Assembly: GCA_937625935.1 (NCBI GenBank)
Contig: OW569393.1
Coordinates: forward strand, 62,001 to 126,000
DNA length: 64,000 nucleotides
Reading direction: 5' to 3'
Source of the DNA: Tetramitus jugosus
Taxonomy: Eukaryota > Protista > Heterolobosea
The stretch's first letter is position 1. Each line of letters opens with the position of its first letter. Positions 39,456 to 50,871 of the stretch are shown in pieces. Both the position numbers and the translations under genes were made by a program. Below the pieces are notes generated by a model. That model worked only from the letters and a program-made list of their open reading frames with translations. It was not told the origin of the DNA and did no database searches.

Positions 39456-40550
39456 GTTTTGTTTTTATGAGTTTTTCTTCGTTGACGATGTTTGAGGTGT
39501 CAAAAGTTACCATCTTTGGGATCCATATATGGACAACATGAGGGATTTTTATTCCTCCAGATCTGATGGGGTTTTCGGGTTATCTGGAGAGACCCTACTT
39601 GACTCGATTGCAGCCAGAACAACATGGTCATTCTTTAATTCATCGGACGCGAATCTCAGTGCACATTCATTCTTCTTCACCGCAGCAAGTACAACGTCCA
39701 TGTCATTTTTCAGTTCGGCTGATGCATACTGCAAAGCAGATCCAAACTTGAACTCTTGAATGGCCGATAGAATAAACACCTTGTCATTTTTTAGGTTGTC
39801 CGACGCGTACCCCAATGCATATCCATTCTTCTTTACTGCTTCAAGAACAACATCTTTATCATTCTTTAACTTATCCGATACATAGGCCAACGCATATCCA
39901 CACTCCTTCATTGTATCAAGCATAAAGTCTTTGTCGTTCTTTAATTCTTCGGAAGCGAATTGCAAGGCATATCCATCGTACTTCGCTGCTGAAAGGACAA
40001 CATCTTTATCGTTCTGTAATTCGGCGGAAACAAACTTCAATGCATTACCATAGTCGTACTCGTACATTGCATAGAGAACGAACTCTTTGTCATTCTTTAA
40101 CTCATCTGAGGCATACTCTAATGCAGACTTATTTCCCTTCATAGCAGCGAGAATAAAATAACAGTTATGCCTTAGTTCAGACGACGCGTGAGACAAACAA
40201 GAGATATTTTCCTCTGCTGCAGTGAGAACAACTTCTGGGTCGTTCTTTAAAGTATCTGGTACATATTCCAATGCACTTCCATAGGCTTTCACGACAGAAA
40301 GAACAAACAATTTATCGTTCTTCAAATCTTCTGAGGCATACTCCAGTGCCTTCCTATTCACTTTCATTGCAGCGAAAATAAACTCGGGGTCGTTCCTCAA
40401 TTCTTTTGATGAATATTTCAGTGAAGATACACGCTCCATCACTGCAGCAAGAACTAATTCTTCATCATTCTTTAATTCATCCGACGCATACTTCAATGCA
40501 CATCCATTCTTCTTCACTTCAGCCATCATCGCTGCTTTATTGTTCGCAAA
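37810..40550 (-). repeat. Two blocks of degenerate ~75-bp coding repeats (DUF4116 units), about 37810-38410 and 39610-40550
   Basis: TCATTCTTTA(A/G)TTC-like motif recurs with ~75-bp periodicity on the plus strand. Confidence 0.8.
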
Positions 40551-41126
40551 GCGCACAATGGACCACGATTGTATCTGACCCACCATTTCTTTCTCATCAA
40601 CATTCGATTCAAAGAGAGTATCAGCATATGTGTTTATGGGCTTGCTCATCTCTTTCTGCATCTCAACATGCTGTCGACTAATCTCCTGTTCCTTTTCAAT
40701 CAATTGAGTGTCATCATACGAATCAATTGCACCACTGTTGAAACAATTGGCCGTATTATCAAGTAGAGCGGACAATTTAACCTTCTTTCTCTTCAAGGCT
40801 TCGATTCTAGAAGAACACAATTCATTCAATTCTGCTTCCAAGTCATTTGCCTTCTCCTTGATGGCATTTATGAGAGCATCAAATGATCGCTTGTTCTTAT
40901 TCACTTCTTTTTCATGCTTCTCCTGAATCTTCTTAATCATAACATCCACACTTTCCATATCTTTCTCTAATTTTGTTGTAAAGGAAAAAGTTTTGTCAAC
41001 CAGGGCCTTTAGATTTTTTTTCGTTTCATCAACATTGACAACTGTATCAGTTGGATTCTCAATTGGCAATTCATGTTCTTCCTGACTCTTTTCCAGAGAC
41101 GAATGTAGTGATTGGGAAGAAGACAT
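39549..41126 (-). CDS. Coiled-coil + DUF4116-repeat protein; RING/B-box-less tandem paralog of the TRIM gene
   Basis: NLKALVDKT...MIKKIQEKHEKE aligns with NLKVLVDKT...MIKEIQEKHEEE of the neighbour. About 13 repeats of roughly 25 aa follow. Confidence 0.85.
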   Translation of the reverse strand: MSSSQSLHSSLEKSQEEHELPIENPTDTVVNVDETKKNLKALVDKTFSFTTKLEKDMESVDVMIKKIQEKHEKEVNKNKRSFDALINAIKEKANDLEAELNELCSSRIEALKRKKVKLSALLDNTANCFNSGAIDSYDDTQLIEKEQEISRQHVEMQKEMSKPINTYADTLFESNVDEKEMVGQIQSWSIVRFANNKAAMMAEVKKNGCALKYASDELKNDEELVLAAVMERVSSLKYSSKELRNDPEFIFAAMKVNRKALEYASEDLKNDKLFVLSVVKAYGSALEYVPDTLKNDPEVVLTAAEENISCLSHASSELRHNCYFILAAMKGNKSALEYASDELKNDKEFVLYAMYEYDYGNALKFVSAELQNDKDVVLSAAKYDGYALQFASEELKNDKDFMLDTMKECGYALAYVSDKLKNDKDVVLEAVKKNGYALGYASDNLKNDKVFILSAIQEFKFGSALQYASAELKNDMDVVLAAVKKNECALRFASDELKNDHVVLAAIESSRVSPDNPKTPSDLEE

Positions 41127-41789
41127 TGTTGTTGTTTTGTGTTGGATCTCTTTTCGAGAACGAAGCCAGTCGGAAAATTAATTACATTTTTACAATTTTT
41201 TGGTAGATTAGGAGAGACAAAGTTTCTTGGCCTGAAACCAACTATAGCCTGCACCACAAACATTTCATGTGATCACCATCGTCCTTTGATGGCGACACTT
41301 TGAAAAAGGAATCCAAACATACACTCTTTCAGTCTTTTTCTTGTTTCTTCACAATTTGGGAGACTTAGCTACTTCTGGTCCTTTTAAGCATGATGGTAAA
41401 CTCTATAATTTGGTAAAACTCGTTCATTTCTGTCCAAGTACAAATGTTACGTCTTTCATTCAAACTGTAGAACCAAGTATTTTGGCTTATGTTTCAAAGA
41501 GTGTCTCCAAGATCTACTGCTCCTCGCCAGATCAGGTTTCTTTAGGTGAATTTGAACTTGTTTCATAAAACACAAAATTTCGGATAACACCACAACGAGC
41601 TGGTGTTGGAACAGGAAAGAAAGTGCTTTACACCAACTTAGAAGCAACTTAGGGCCAAACCAAAACATTATACTTTGGGATACCAATTCGAAAGTGATTT
41701 TCAATTTGGATATGCGCCTTTTGCCTTGGAAGGCGGAACGGAAAGTTCACACCGCAAAGGCAAAAACAAAACCATAAAATTGGAAAATA

Positions 41790-43034
41790 ATGTCACGGTG
41801 TGTGTATTTTTCAGGAGACAGCGACTATGGTTTTGTAAGTGACATTACAGACACTCGCGATAACTTTGAGATCTTTGAAATTTATGAAAGACACTTGATG
41901 AAGCCACTTAGAGGTCAATCTATCAAACAGATGGAGTGCACAGAAGACGGGTGCTTCCTTTTGACAACTGAGATGTCCCAGGTGTTCTTTATCGGCATTT
42001 CTGACCCATATGAACTGAAGAATGTCGTGTCGCCAAACACCGGCCAGTATATCAGAAATGGAAGAAGAGGGAAGATTAATCATTTGGTTGCATTGGATTC
42101 TTGTTGTATCAGTTTGATTGGAATAGGAGGAGAAAGTACTTTCTACTACTCGCAAACATTGAATCAAATGTGGTTCACGGGTGCCAATCTGATTGACAAC
42201 TCTCCCAAGGTTCCTAATCTAACTCAGGTGGAACTGCCAATAGAACTTCACGGCAAGGAAATCGTAAAAATGAATGGTACTACTCACTCTATGCTATTCT
42301 TGACTGCTGACGGTCTTTTGTTTGCACTGGGACAATTCAGTAGTACACCAAAGACCATATCTAGAATGGTCATACCAGGGATTATGGATGATGTTAATTT
42401 CAGAGTGTGTGTCACAGATGTGCAGTCAGGTAGGGATCACACATTAATACTGTTGAGTAACGGTGAATGCTATGGTATTGGCTCGACCCGATATGGTCAA
42501 TTGGCATCAAGATGTTTCAGAGGTACCAGAGAAAAACTCACATTGTGTAGCATTCCAGGAAAGGTAACTTGGATACGAGCTTGTTTACTTCACTCATTTT
42601 TTGGAAGTGATGATGGATGTGTTTATTCATGTGGAGCTAACCTCAAGTACAGACTGGCATTACACTGTAGCCGAGATTTTGTCCCCACCGCACGACCTCT
42701 AAATTTTCCCAAAGGACAAGTGAAGCAAGTGTTTGGATGTCATGACAGCATGATTGTGGATAAACTGAACACTCTATACATAACTGGAGACTCCATGGGT
42801 GACATAAGCTCCTCCCTGGCGAAGAAAATCTCAATAATAACAAAACCAACCGATCTGATCCAACAAGTAACAAGTGGTAAGTTTCATATTGATTGGGTTT
42901 CGAGCTATTATACTAAGTTTCTTATCCTGAAGCCAGACCGAAGGAACAATGGCTACATAGCAAAGAAGTTGTGGTTAGCTCATAGAAACCAACACCTGTC
43001 AGATATCGACATCAAAACATATGCTGATGAATAG
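41790..43034 (+). CDS. Divergent RCC1-repeat protein with BTB-like C-terminal tail
   Basis: HSMLFLTADGLLFALG and VQSGRDHTLILLSNGECYGIGSTRYGQL repeats. Ends LSDIDIKTYADE*. Confidence 0.8.
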   Translation: MSRCVYFSGDSDYGFVSDITDTRDNFEIFEIYERHLMKPLRGQSIKQMECTEDGCFLLTTEMSQVFFIGISDPYELKNVVSPNTGQYIRNGRRGKINHLVALDSCCISLIGIGGESTFYYSQTLNQMWFTGANLIDNSPKVPNLTQVELPIELHGKEIVKMNGTTHSMLFLTADGLLFALGQFSSTPKTISRMVIPGIMDDVNFRVCVTDVQSGRDHTLILLSNGECYGIGSTRYGQLASRCFRGTREKLTLCSIPGKVTWIRACLLHSFFGSDDGCVYSCGANLKYRLALHCSRDFVPTARPLNFPKGQVKQVFGCHDSMIVDKLNTLYITGDSMGDISSSLAKKISIITKPTDLIQQVTSGKFHIDWVSSYYTKFLILKPDRRNNGYIAKKLWLAHRNQHLSDIDIKTYADE

Positions 43035-43378
43035 TAGACACATATTTTGGCTATGGGATGATCATTATGAAAGAACCATTTGACAAATGTTGAGCAAAAA
43101 CTCTTTATCATAAAACATTTAGTGAACTAGCAGCTGTTGAATTGATCCTAGGTTTCTTTGAGAATGGCTTTGGTTCCATTCTTTCAAAGAGAGACAGCTG
43201 GTGTTGATTCCGTATCATCGGACTCATACGTGTGCTTTTTGCAAATATTCTTTGTACAATTTTCTTTGCTTCTCTCATGTAGATTCCGTATGCAATAGAG
43301 TTATCATACAAGCTTCATTTACCTGTACAATACCAACGCATAGAGAGAATGATGAGATTCGTTGTTGCAAATTAAATC

Positions 43379-44527
43379 TTAGTTAGGTGGTTGTGGTTTC
43401 GATAGGAAAATATCACAGGCAAGCGTAGCATTTTGTTGGTTGATGACTGCCTGGATCACCTTATCCATCTTGTTCACATCCTTGATTGGATGATAGATCA
43501 ATGCACGAGGTGTGCAATACGAACCAAATGAATGAATTCCACCTAGATGATGCTTGACATGTTCGAAAGAGGAGACCCAGTGACCAAATGTAGCATCCTC
43601 GTTACCCCACTTGCTCAAGTTTGCTGCCTGCGATGTCAAGTAAATGGTTCTGCCAAGGGCACTGGAGAATGCATAACCAGCTCCTGCTGCATACTTGACA
43701 TATGATCTGAGACCAGTCTCTTCCAAAAACTTGTCATCGCCTCTACCACCACCGGTATGTACCTTTGATCCAGTTAGAAACACACCAGAGTAAGCAAATA
43801 GTGATCGAGTGAGAAATTTCTGTTTCGTAGAAAGATCGAGATTGCTTGCTGGAGCACCATTTTGAGTCTGAGCCAAGACAAACGGTGTGTCTACTTGATC
43901 CTGAAGCGAGTTTCTGTACATGTCGTACCGCACCAGAGCATCATCATCCGTCTTCAAAATGTATCGATACTTGTCAAACAACAAATGATCACCCAAAAGT
44001 TGAATCAGCTTTTCCACCTTGTAAATAATCTTGGTCCATCCAGTCTCCTCCTTTTCCAATCTCATGAATATCAAGTCTCCATACGTTTGTTGTTCTTGAT
44101 GCAACTTTTCCACACAACTAAATGGTTCCATTGTCTTTGTTCCATAATGGTAGTGGTCCAACAAGAAGGCATGATCAACGAGATTGACGAGTGAAGAGAA
44201 CTGGGACATCCAAGTTCGAATCAAATTTCTTCTCTGAGCTCCAATGTCATCACACGTGCTCAATATAGCTGTAAAGAAGTACTTGTTGTTGCTTGATTGG
44301 CTGGATGGTGCCACTCTTAGTTGAAACTTTGCTTCTCTACTTACAGCAGGTGATTTTTTGGATGACTTGTCAGTGAGTGATGAATCACTGCCTAGATCGG
44401 ATTCAATACTCACTGGAGAGGATTTACTGCTACTGAGAAATTCAACCTTTAGGAATAAGGCAAAGAGGCAGATGATCATGAGGACGATAAAAATCTTTGT
44501 GAATTTCGGGTTCATCATTAGCATCAT
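43379..44527 (-). CDS. GT31-family (galactosyltransferase/fringe-like) glycosyltransferase, type II membrane
   Basis: N-terminal TM helix. RRNLIRTW, EQQTYGDLI, YILKTDDD, YAAGAGY and EDATFGHW motifs. Confidence 0.88.
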   Translation of the reverse strand: MMLMMNPKFTKIFIVLMIICLFALFLKVEFLSSSKSSPVSIESDLGSDSSLTDKSSKKSPAVSREAKFQLRVAPSSQSSNNKYFFTAILSTCDDIGAQRRNLIRTWMSQFSSLVNLVDHAFLLDHYHYGTKTMEPFSCVEKLHQEQQTYGDLIFMRLEKEETGWTKIIYKVEKLIQLLGDHLLFDKYRYILKTDDDALVRYDMYRNSLQDQVDTPFVLAQTQNGAPASNLDLSTKQKFLTRSLFAYSGVFLTGSKVHTGGGRGDDKFLEETGLRSYVKYAAGAGYAFSSALGRTIYLTSQAANLSKWGNEDATFGHWVSSFEHVKHHLGGIHSFGSYCTPRALIYHPIKDVNKMDKVIQAVINQQNATLACDIFLSKPQPPN

Positions 44528-45226
44528 CTTTAATTATTTTTGTTATTTGTTTTTGTTGTTATTTGCTTGGTTGTGTTCAGAACTCTGAAAAAGCTAATTT
44601 ATTTTGCAACGAATTTATGTGTGGCAACAACACATCATTCGCTCCCTACGGTGGGTGGTGGTGCTTGGTCTCTTTGTCAATGGATTCCGCTAATTCGTGG
44701 GAGATATCTTGAAGAACAGTCAGGAAACCTCCACTACAAATATCCGAGTAGTATGCCCCTTGTCGATACGTCAACAATTGACCGGTCGAGCGCCAATCTT
44801 TTTAGTAATAGAATGTTCCTCTTTTGGATTGGGTCGCTCAATTCATTGGATGGGATTTATCTTGCCGGTTTACGATTACGGTCCTCCAATTTATAGAGGA
44901 GGATTATGCTCCGGATCAGATAGAACTGGCAATCGAATCCAACATGTAATTCTTGGTTGACTGTTGAATTTCCATGATGGAAGCATTGAATGCAAAAAGC
45001 AAAGTGGAAATCGAATTGGATGGTGCTACTTCGAAAAAAGATAAAAAAACTGTTTGGTGATAGTGGGGCATAAGATTTTCCAAACCGTCAAAGTATTGAA
45101 TACCACCTAAATCCATAGCTTTTGAGAAACACGAATCTGTTCCGGTACTTGTTGCAAGTTTCCTTGTTGAATAAATTCCGCGACTACTTAGATTCTTAGA
45201 TTTTTATTTATGTTCAAGAGCAAAGT

Positions 45227-46249
45227 TCATCTCATGAGAAGCATGGCCATTCTTGCCACATGTTGCTTCCCCATTCCAACACCAATGACCGACCGAATAC
45301 TAGCAATCAAACGGGCACTCAAATGCTGTAGCTTCTTTGACCGGACAGGAGACTCCGACATGTAGTCAACCAACTTTGCGCCCAACATCTTACTCAATAT
45401 AAGCATATCTGAAGTGTGATTCCGATCATTGTAAGTGTCCTGTGGTGTGATTTGATAATTGGCCATGTGCTTAATGACACGATCATATTCTGCTCCTGTG
45501 CCATACACCATGGAAGGAACAGCACCATCATAGCAAGCAAATCTCTCTGGCAATGGACTTGTCATCTCATTAGGCATAAAATTCATATTAATGACATCAT
45601 TGTCCACCATGATACCTCCACCGACCACTGACATTGCTAGATACCGAGTGTAACACGATAGCTCATACTGCTTTGGATTAATGGTCGGAAGTTGTTTCAA
45701 CTTTTCCATCAATGGAGTAAATTCCTTGTGAAGCATTGCGTGAGTCTCATTGAGAATCATTGGTTCCCAACAGTTTGCTCTCCAACTCAAGTCCCACAAT
45801 TGAAGTAATTCTGAATCGTTTCTGAATCCTGGAATCACTTGATGATAAGTGTACACTCTCCGGGATTCGATCGGTCCATACCTACTTGAACAATCGTTTG
45901 GTATCGGAAGGGAAAACTCTGGAAGGATCGCAGGTGGTTCGATCCTTGGTGTTGGACAAGCAGGGCACGTGGGAACAGGAGGACAGCTCGAACAGCTTGG
46001 ACAGCTTGGACAAATGGTAGGTGGAGGCATCTGAACTGTAAAGCTACAATTACAAATGGTGGGAGGGATAATGGGAGGTTCACACACCAGAGTGGGAGAT
46101 GGCTTTGGAGGATCTTCCAAATTTCTTGTGGCTTGGTTACTTGTTGTCGATATGGTGACACCGTATTGTTGAAGTGTTACATAGGACACACACAAGAGTA
46201 TCCATACGACAAATAAGATCAATAAAAGCTTTGGGTTAGGTGAATTCAT
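45227..46249 (-). CDS. Type II membrane DxD glycosyltransferase-like protein with Pro/Cys-rich stem
   Basis: N-terminal TM helix, CPSCPSC/CPACP stem, and RYLAMSVVGGGIMVDNDV, which resembles the GT32-like R-x-GG-x-D-x-D motif. Confidence 0.65.
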   Translation of the reverse strand: MNSPNPKLLLILFVVWILLCVSYVTLQQYGVTISTTSNQATRNLEDPPKPSPTLVCEPPIIPPTICNCSFTVQMPPPTICPSCPSCSSCPPVPTCPACPTPRIEPPAILPEFSLPIPNDCSSRYGPIESRRVYTYHQVIPGFRNDSELLQLWDLSWRANCWEPMILNETHAMLHKEFTPLMEKLKQLPTINPKQYELSCYTRYLAMSVVGGGIMVDNDVINMNFMPNEMTSPLPERFACYDGAVPSMVYGTGAEYDRVIKHMANYQITPQDTYNDRNHTSDMLILSKMLGAKLVDYMSESPVRSKKLQHLSARLIASIRSVIGVGMGKQHVARMAMLLMR

Positions 46250-46716
46250 ATGTGAGTGCTATATTGTGTTTGAAATTTTTGGGGGGGGCAACTGTTGCTG
46301 TAACTGTGATCGAAGAGTCCAACCTCATTCACTACAGGGTGATTTTCTTATCAAATACCGTCAAACACTGGGGCTACTGCGGACACTTCAACGATCGATT
46401 TATTTGGTTTCGACGCTTCGATCTTCATTGGGTATTGTAATTCCGGTCGAGCTCAACACATGCCGACAAGCATTTTTCGCAATTTGTTCTGTCCGTGGGC
46501 TCACCATGTTTGTTTGACGTCTTCGTCCAAAGCCCATTGTTTTTTGCTAGAAGCAAGCTCTTTTTTCAACATGGCATTGATCGTGTGGAGAAGGCTGTCA
46601 GAAGCTTCGTTAATGTCTTAGATGATCACCTCGTTTCACACCATATTTTTTAGCAGACAGTTTTATTTTTACAAGCGAGTTTGTTTGAGGAATTACACTG
46701 CCATCTCCCTATGTCT

Positions 46717-47610
46717 TTAACTCCAATTGACTTGTTTCACTCCCATTTTCTCAATCATGTATCTCAGATTGTTTTCGAGATTTGGTCGAGGTGAAAGAGA
46801 TCCATGATACTCGCACAACAACATATCCACATACTTCATTGCTCCTGAAGTAATCATGTCCACCAAAACATCAAATTCAGCACCTTCAATGTCCATCTTG
46901 ACCACAATATAGTCATCCTTGTTATAGTTCTTCAAAATCAAGTCACTCACAGAGTAACCATCAACTGAAACACTCTTCTTGCCGCTCTTGACAACGTCAC
47001 CATGATTAGACAACAGAGATGAACCCCAGAAGCTATTTCCCTCATTCACAGTGTCCAAATAAAATGTAATCTTGCCATCTTGAGTCGTAGCAGCAGCCTC
47101 TGTCTTCATAAACACCTTGTACTGCTTTTGTCCATTTGGAAGAGTTTGTGCATTCAACTTTTGCTCCAATTCCTTTAGCTTTGGAGTGAAGAAGGGATTG
47201 GCTTCAAATCCCCATAGCTCCCACTTGTCATTAGCTCCCAGTCCAGTCAAACCAGCACCTCCCATGGCACTCTCACCAGTCTTGGTCGTAAACGATTGCA
47301 ACGAATCACCCTTGTTCGCGCCAAAATCAAAAAACACCTTTTTGCTTGGTCTTGAATGCACAGCCACACCGTCGCTGTTCAATAGAGCTGGAAAAACAGA
47401 GTTAGAGCTTGAAGAACATTCAGAGGCACCTTGTTTAACTCTATTCATATAGAGACAAACAAGCAAAATGGCAGACAACAGAGAAGTTTGAATGTAAAAT
47501 TGGATTTTCTTGGAGAGGAATGGAGCACTCAGTTTCTTGTCCTTGTCCTTGTATGAATGAGTCGTTGGAAGCATAATTCTTGTGAGAGCTTTTAACCTTG
47601 GCTTGTGCAA
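46717..47610 (-). CDS. FkbM-family SAM methyltransferase, type II membrane
   Basis: TM helix near the N-terminus. FFDFGANKGDS, GFEANP, VVKMDIEGAEFDVL and CEYH motifs. Confidence 0.88.
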   Translation of the reverse strand: MHKPRLKALTRIMLPTTHSYKDKDKKLSAPFLSKKIQFYIQTSLLSAILLVCLYMNRVKQGASECSSSSNSVFPALLNSDGVAVHSRPSKKVFFDFGANKGDSLQSFTTKTGESAMGGAGLTGLGANDKWELWGFEANPFFTPKLKELEQKLNAQTLPNGQKQYKVFMKTEAAATTQDGKITFYLDTVNEGNSFWGSSLLSNHGDVVKSGKKSVSVDGYSVSDLILKNYNKDDYIVVKMDIEGAEFDVLVDMITSGAMKYVDMLLCEYHGSLSPRPNLENNLRYMIEKMGVKQVNWS

Positions 47611-48243
47611 ATGGTGTGTGGGTCGGTTTTTCTTGTGTTTTTCAGAGAAGGAACAAACAATGATAGGATTGGAACCTGCGAATGTGGAGAGGATTTCTCA
47701 GAACGGTCGCGAAATGATCAAATACTGTGAAGTTCCGAAAGCAATTGGCACCCTCCAGCTCGTGGGTAACGATTCAAAGTGGGAAAAATTCGAATCAGCT
47801 GTCCCGAAATCAACTGTCATACGTATGAGAATCGATCCTTCCAAATGACACCCCTTGCAAACCAGGCAAGAAACTTACGACTAATACAAGCCGTCTTCAG
47901 ATCATCCTTGGTCAGGCCACAGACAGAATTCCAACATTTTTTGTTTCACTAAAATGGCAGCCCTGTGACCATCTGAATTCGTTTACCAGTATACTTTGCT
48001 CCGTAATACCTATCCCTGATTATCTTCACCTTTAGCATATGAAATGCCTGACCGGGCTCCTGTGCTCTTGCTTCCTGTATGCAGAAGAGGAATCCAAGGG
48101 AGGTAAGTCATACTCGTTTACGAAAACAAAACATATTTAGATGAGCAGGCAGTAATTGATTGACCTGATCATCGGATAATGGGAAAAACTTGCAAAACAA
48201 ACAGGTCAAAGAAAAACGATCAAAAAAATCAAACAACATTATC

Positions 48244-50798
48244 ATGGGCAAAAAAAAACATCAACAACAAGTAGACACTACCACCACCACCACCACTACT
48301 ACTACTACTCTTCAAAAGAAGAAATCCTCATCATCAACATGTAGTCACTTCCCACCCAAATCCTTCAACATTGGAAAAATTCAAAAAAAATTTCCCGCCC
48401 AAATGCAATGCGGTAATTGTCCCGCCTCCGCCTCCACCTCCGCCACCCATAAGAAAAAATCATCAGCAACAACATTATACTATCATTTATCACATGATGA
48501 ATTTCAATGTGAATATCACATGAATGAAACCATGGGTCATTTCGATGATTTTCATGATGATTCCAAGAAGCAAAAAAAACAACAACAAAAAAAACAGCAA
48601 CAAAAAAAACTACAAAAAAATAGTAGTAATGGACTTGATTTGTTCTTGTCCATGAAAACACTTGATTTCACATGTAGTTTATGCACTACCACCACCAATA
48701 ACAACAATAGTAGTAGTGGTTTACAAATGGAACAATTGAAAAATGAAAAATCATATCAATTATTGATTCGAGCACTAGTGAAAAAGTATCATAATGATGA
48801 TTCAGTGTGGACATGCCTATCAAAGTCACATTCATCTTCTGTTTCCACTTTTCTCTCTTCTCTTGTGGATGATATTACTCCTACTGTGAATGTCGGACAA
48901 ATTATGAACAAGGATGAAAATAATAGTCAACAACAACAAACAGTAAATATGATAACAACAACAACAATAGAAGAAGAAGAGGGTAAACAGGTAGTCAGAG
49001 GATTAATGAACCTTGGTAATTCATGTTTTTTCAATTCTGTCATGCAATGCATGGCTCACACACGTCCACTACTCGCTCATTTCTTGCCTACGACTTTATT
49101 CGCAAGATGGACTGAAAAACAAAGTAATGACAATACGAAAAATACGAAAAAAATGAATGATGATGAAAAAAAGGAAGATGGCAATGATGGAACATCAACA
49201 ACAACAAGAGAGGTAGCAGCTGCAGTATGGTGTGGACCATTGTCTCTCTCACTCAAACTCTTTTATGAAGATTATTATTCCAACAACAACAATATTAACA
49301 ATAATAATAATAGTCATGATTCGAATGCGACAATGAAAAAAGTGCAAAAAAAAATCATTTTTCATCGACAACAACAACAACAGCTGTTGTGAATCCAGTG
49401 AGATTATTTAAACAAGTCATCAAAATTGTACCCACCTTTCGAGGCTATCAACAACAAGACGCACAGGAATTTCTCCGGTTTTTCACTTCTTTTCTGTGCG
49501 ATGAATTCTCGAGTCGGAGTAATAACAACAACAACAAGGATGAGGAGAAGATGATGATGAAAAATGTGATTCAAGAATTGTTTCAGTGTGAGCAATCGTC
49601 GTGCATCACATGCATGAACTGTAAGAAATCATCTCGCATCACGGAACCCATTTTTGATGTTTCTATTCCGATTCCTAATTCTCCTACTGGCGCATCGGAG
49701 AATGATAATGGCAGCGAGGAAGAAATGAAGCGAGAGATTGAGTTGATTCAAAAATTGAAAAACGAGTATCATGTGGAGCACTTGTTGGACCCTGTTCCCA
49801 TTCAACAATACTTGTTAAATAGAAATGGTCGGAGTAATAATAATAACAACTACAATAGCAGTGGTAAAAGGACGTCGATAGCAAGTGGTAGTGGAACGAC
49901 GACGACAATTGAACAATGTTTGTGGAATTATATCAAGAGTGAAGTATTGATGGGTGATAATGGATATTTGTGTGATTATTGCAGTAGTGATGATCATAGT
50001 ACTACTATAATTGAACAGACAACGACAAGTAGTAGTACTAGTAGTAGTGTTACGAGTGATGATGATGATGTGAGTGGTGAGATGATGGATGAGTCAAAGA
50101 CGACAACTGGTAGTGAGAAGGGTAGTACTGTTGTTGTTGTTGGTGATGATGATGATCAAAATCAAGTGAGTGATACAGCAGATGATGACGATGATGATGA
50201 TGAAAAGAAGGAAACAACTGCACAAGATGATGAAACATCTTCCAACAACAAAAAGAAGGAGGAGAATGAAACATCGGTCAATAGTGAAAAAACCAAACAA
50301 ACGAGAATCAAGAGAACCGCACTCAAACAATTGTCATTTCATTCGTGTCCAAGAATCCTTACGATTCATTTAAAGAGATTTGTAGAAGACAAACAAAAAA
50401 GAGATGATTCGTCAATGTTGTCAATGGGAAAAAAGAATCGTCTTCGTCATTCATCGTACATGAGTGGTGGTTTCAGAAAAGATGATACACGAGTGGAGAT
50501 GAGCAGAAGAATCATGTTGCGTCCATTTTTGAGCAATGATTCAATTGAAAGACAAAAAACATCACCGGATGATGAAATTTGTTATCGATTGTATGGTATT
50601 GTAGAGCATTCCGGTTCAATGAACTCGGGTCACTATGTCGCGTATGTGAGAAGACAAACAACGTCAAGAGATGATACAAATGATGACGACGACGATGATG
50701 AATGGTGTTACATGAGTGATAGTAAGATAGTGCCTGGATTAAAATGGGATCAAGTACGGAAAGCACAGGCCTACATTGCCTTTTATGAAAGAATATAA
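48244..50798 (+). CDS. Ubiquitin-specific protease (USP16/45-like) with an apparent -1 frameshift at about 49336-49354
   Basis: ORF1 has a degenerate ZnF-UBP and the Cys box GLMNLGNSCFFNSVMQ. The overlapping ORF2 has QQQDAQEFL, LTIHLKRF and the His box YGIVEHSGSMNSGHYVAYV. One extra A in either A-run joins them. Confidence 0.85.
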
Positions 50799-50871
50799 GT
50801 AGTTCAGTCTTATCAGATTTTGATTATTCGGAGACACGTGAATTCGATATAAAGTTTATTTGACTCGTTTT

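Noticed and set aside
37810-40550. Periodic repeats resembling a CRISPR array
   Set aside because: The units are degenerate in-frame protein repeats with no identical repeat/unique spacer structure, in a eukaryotic context.
44540-45200. Short ORFs between the two glycosyltransferase genes (possible fourth cluster gene)
   Set aside because: No long frame or recognisable motif.
49342-49383. GT...CAG mini-intron as the explanation of the USP frameshift
   Set aside because: It is 42 nt, a multiple of three, so splicing leaves the TGA at 49390 in frame.
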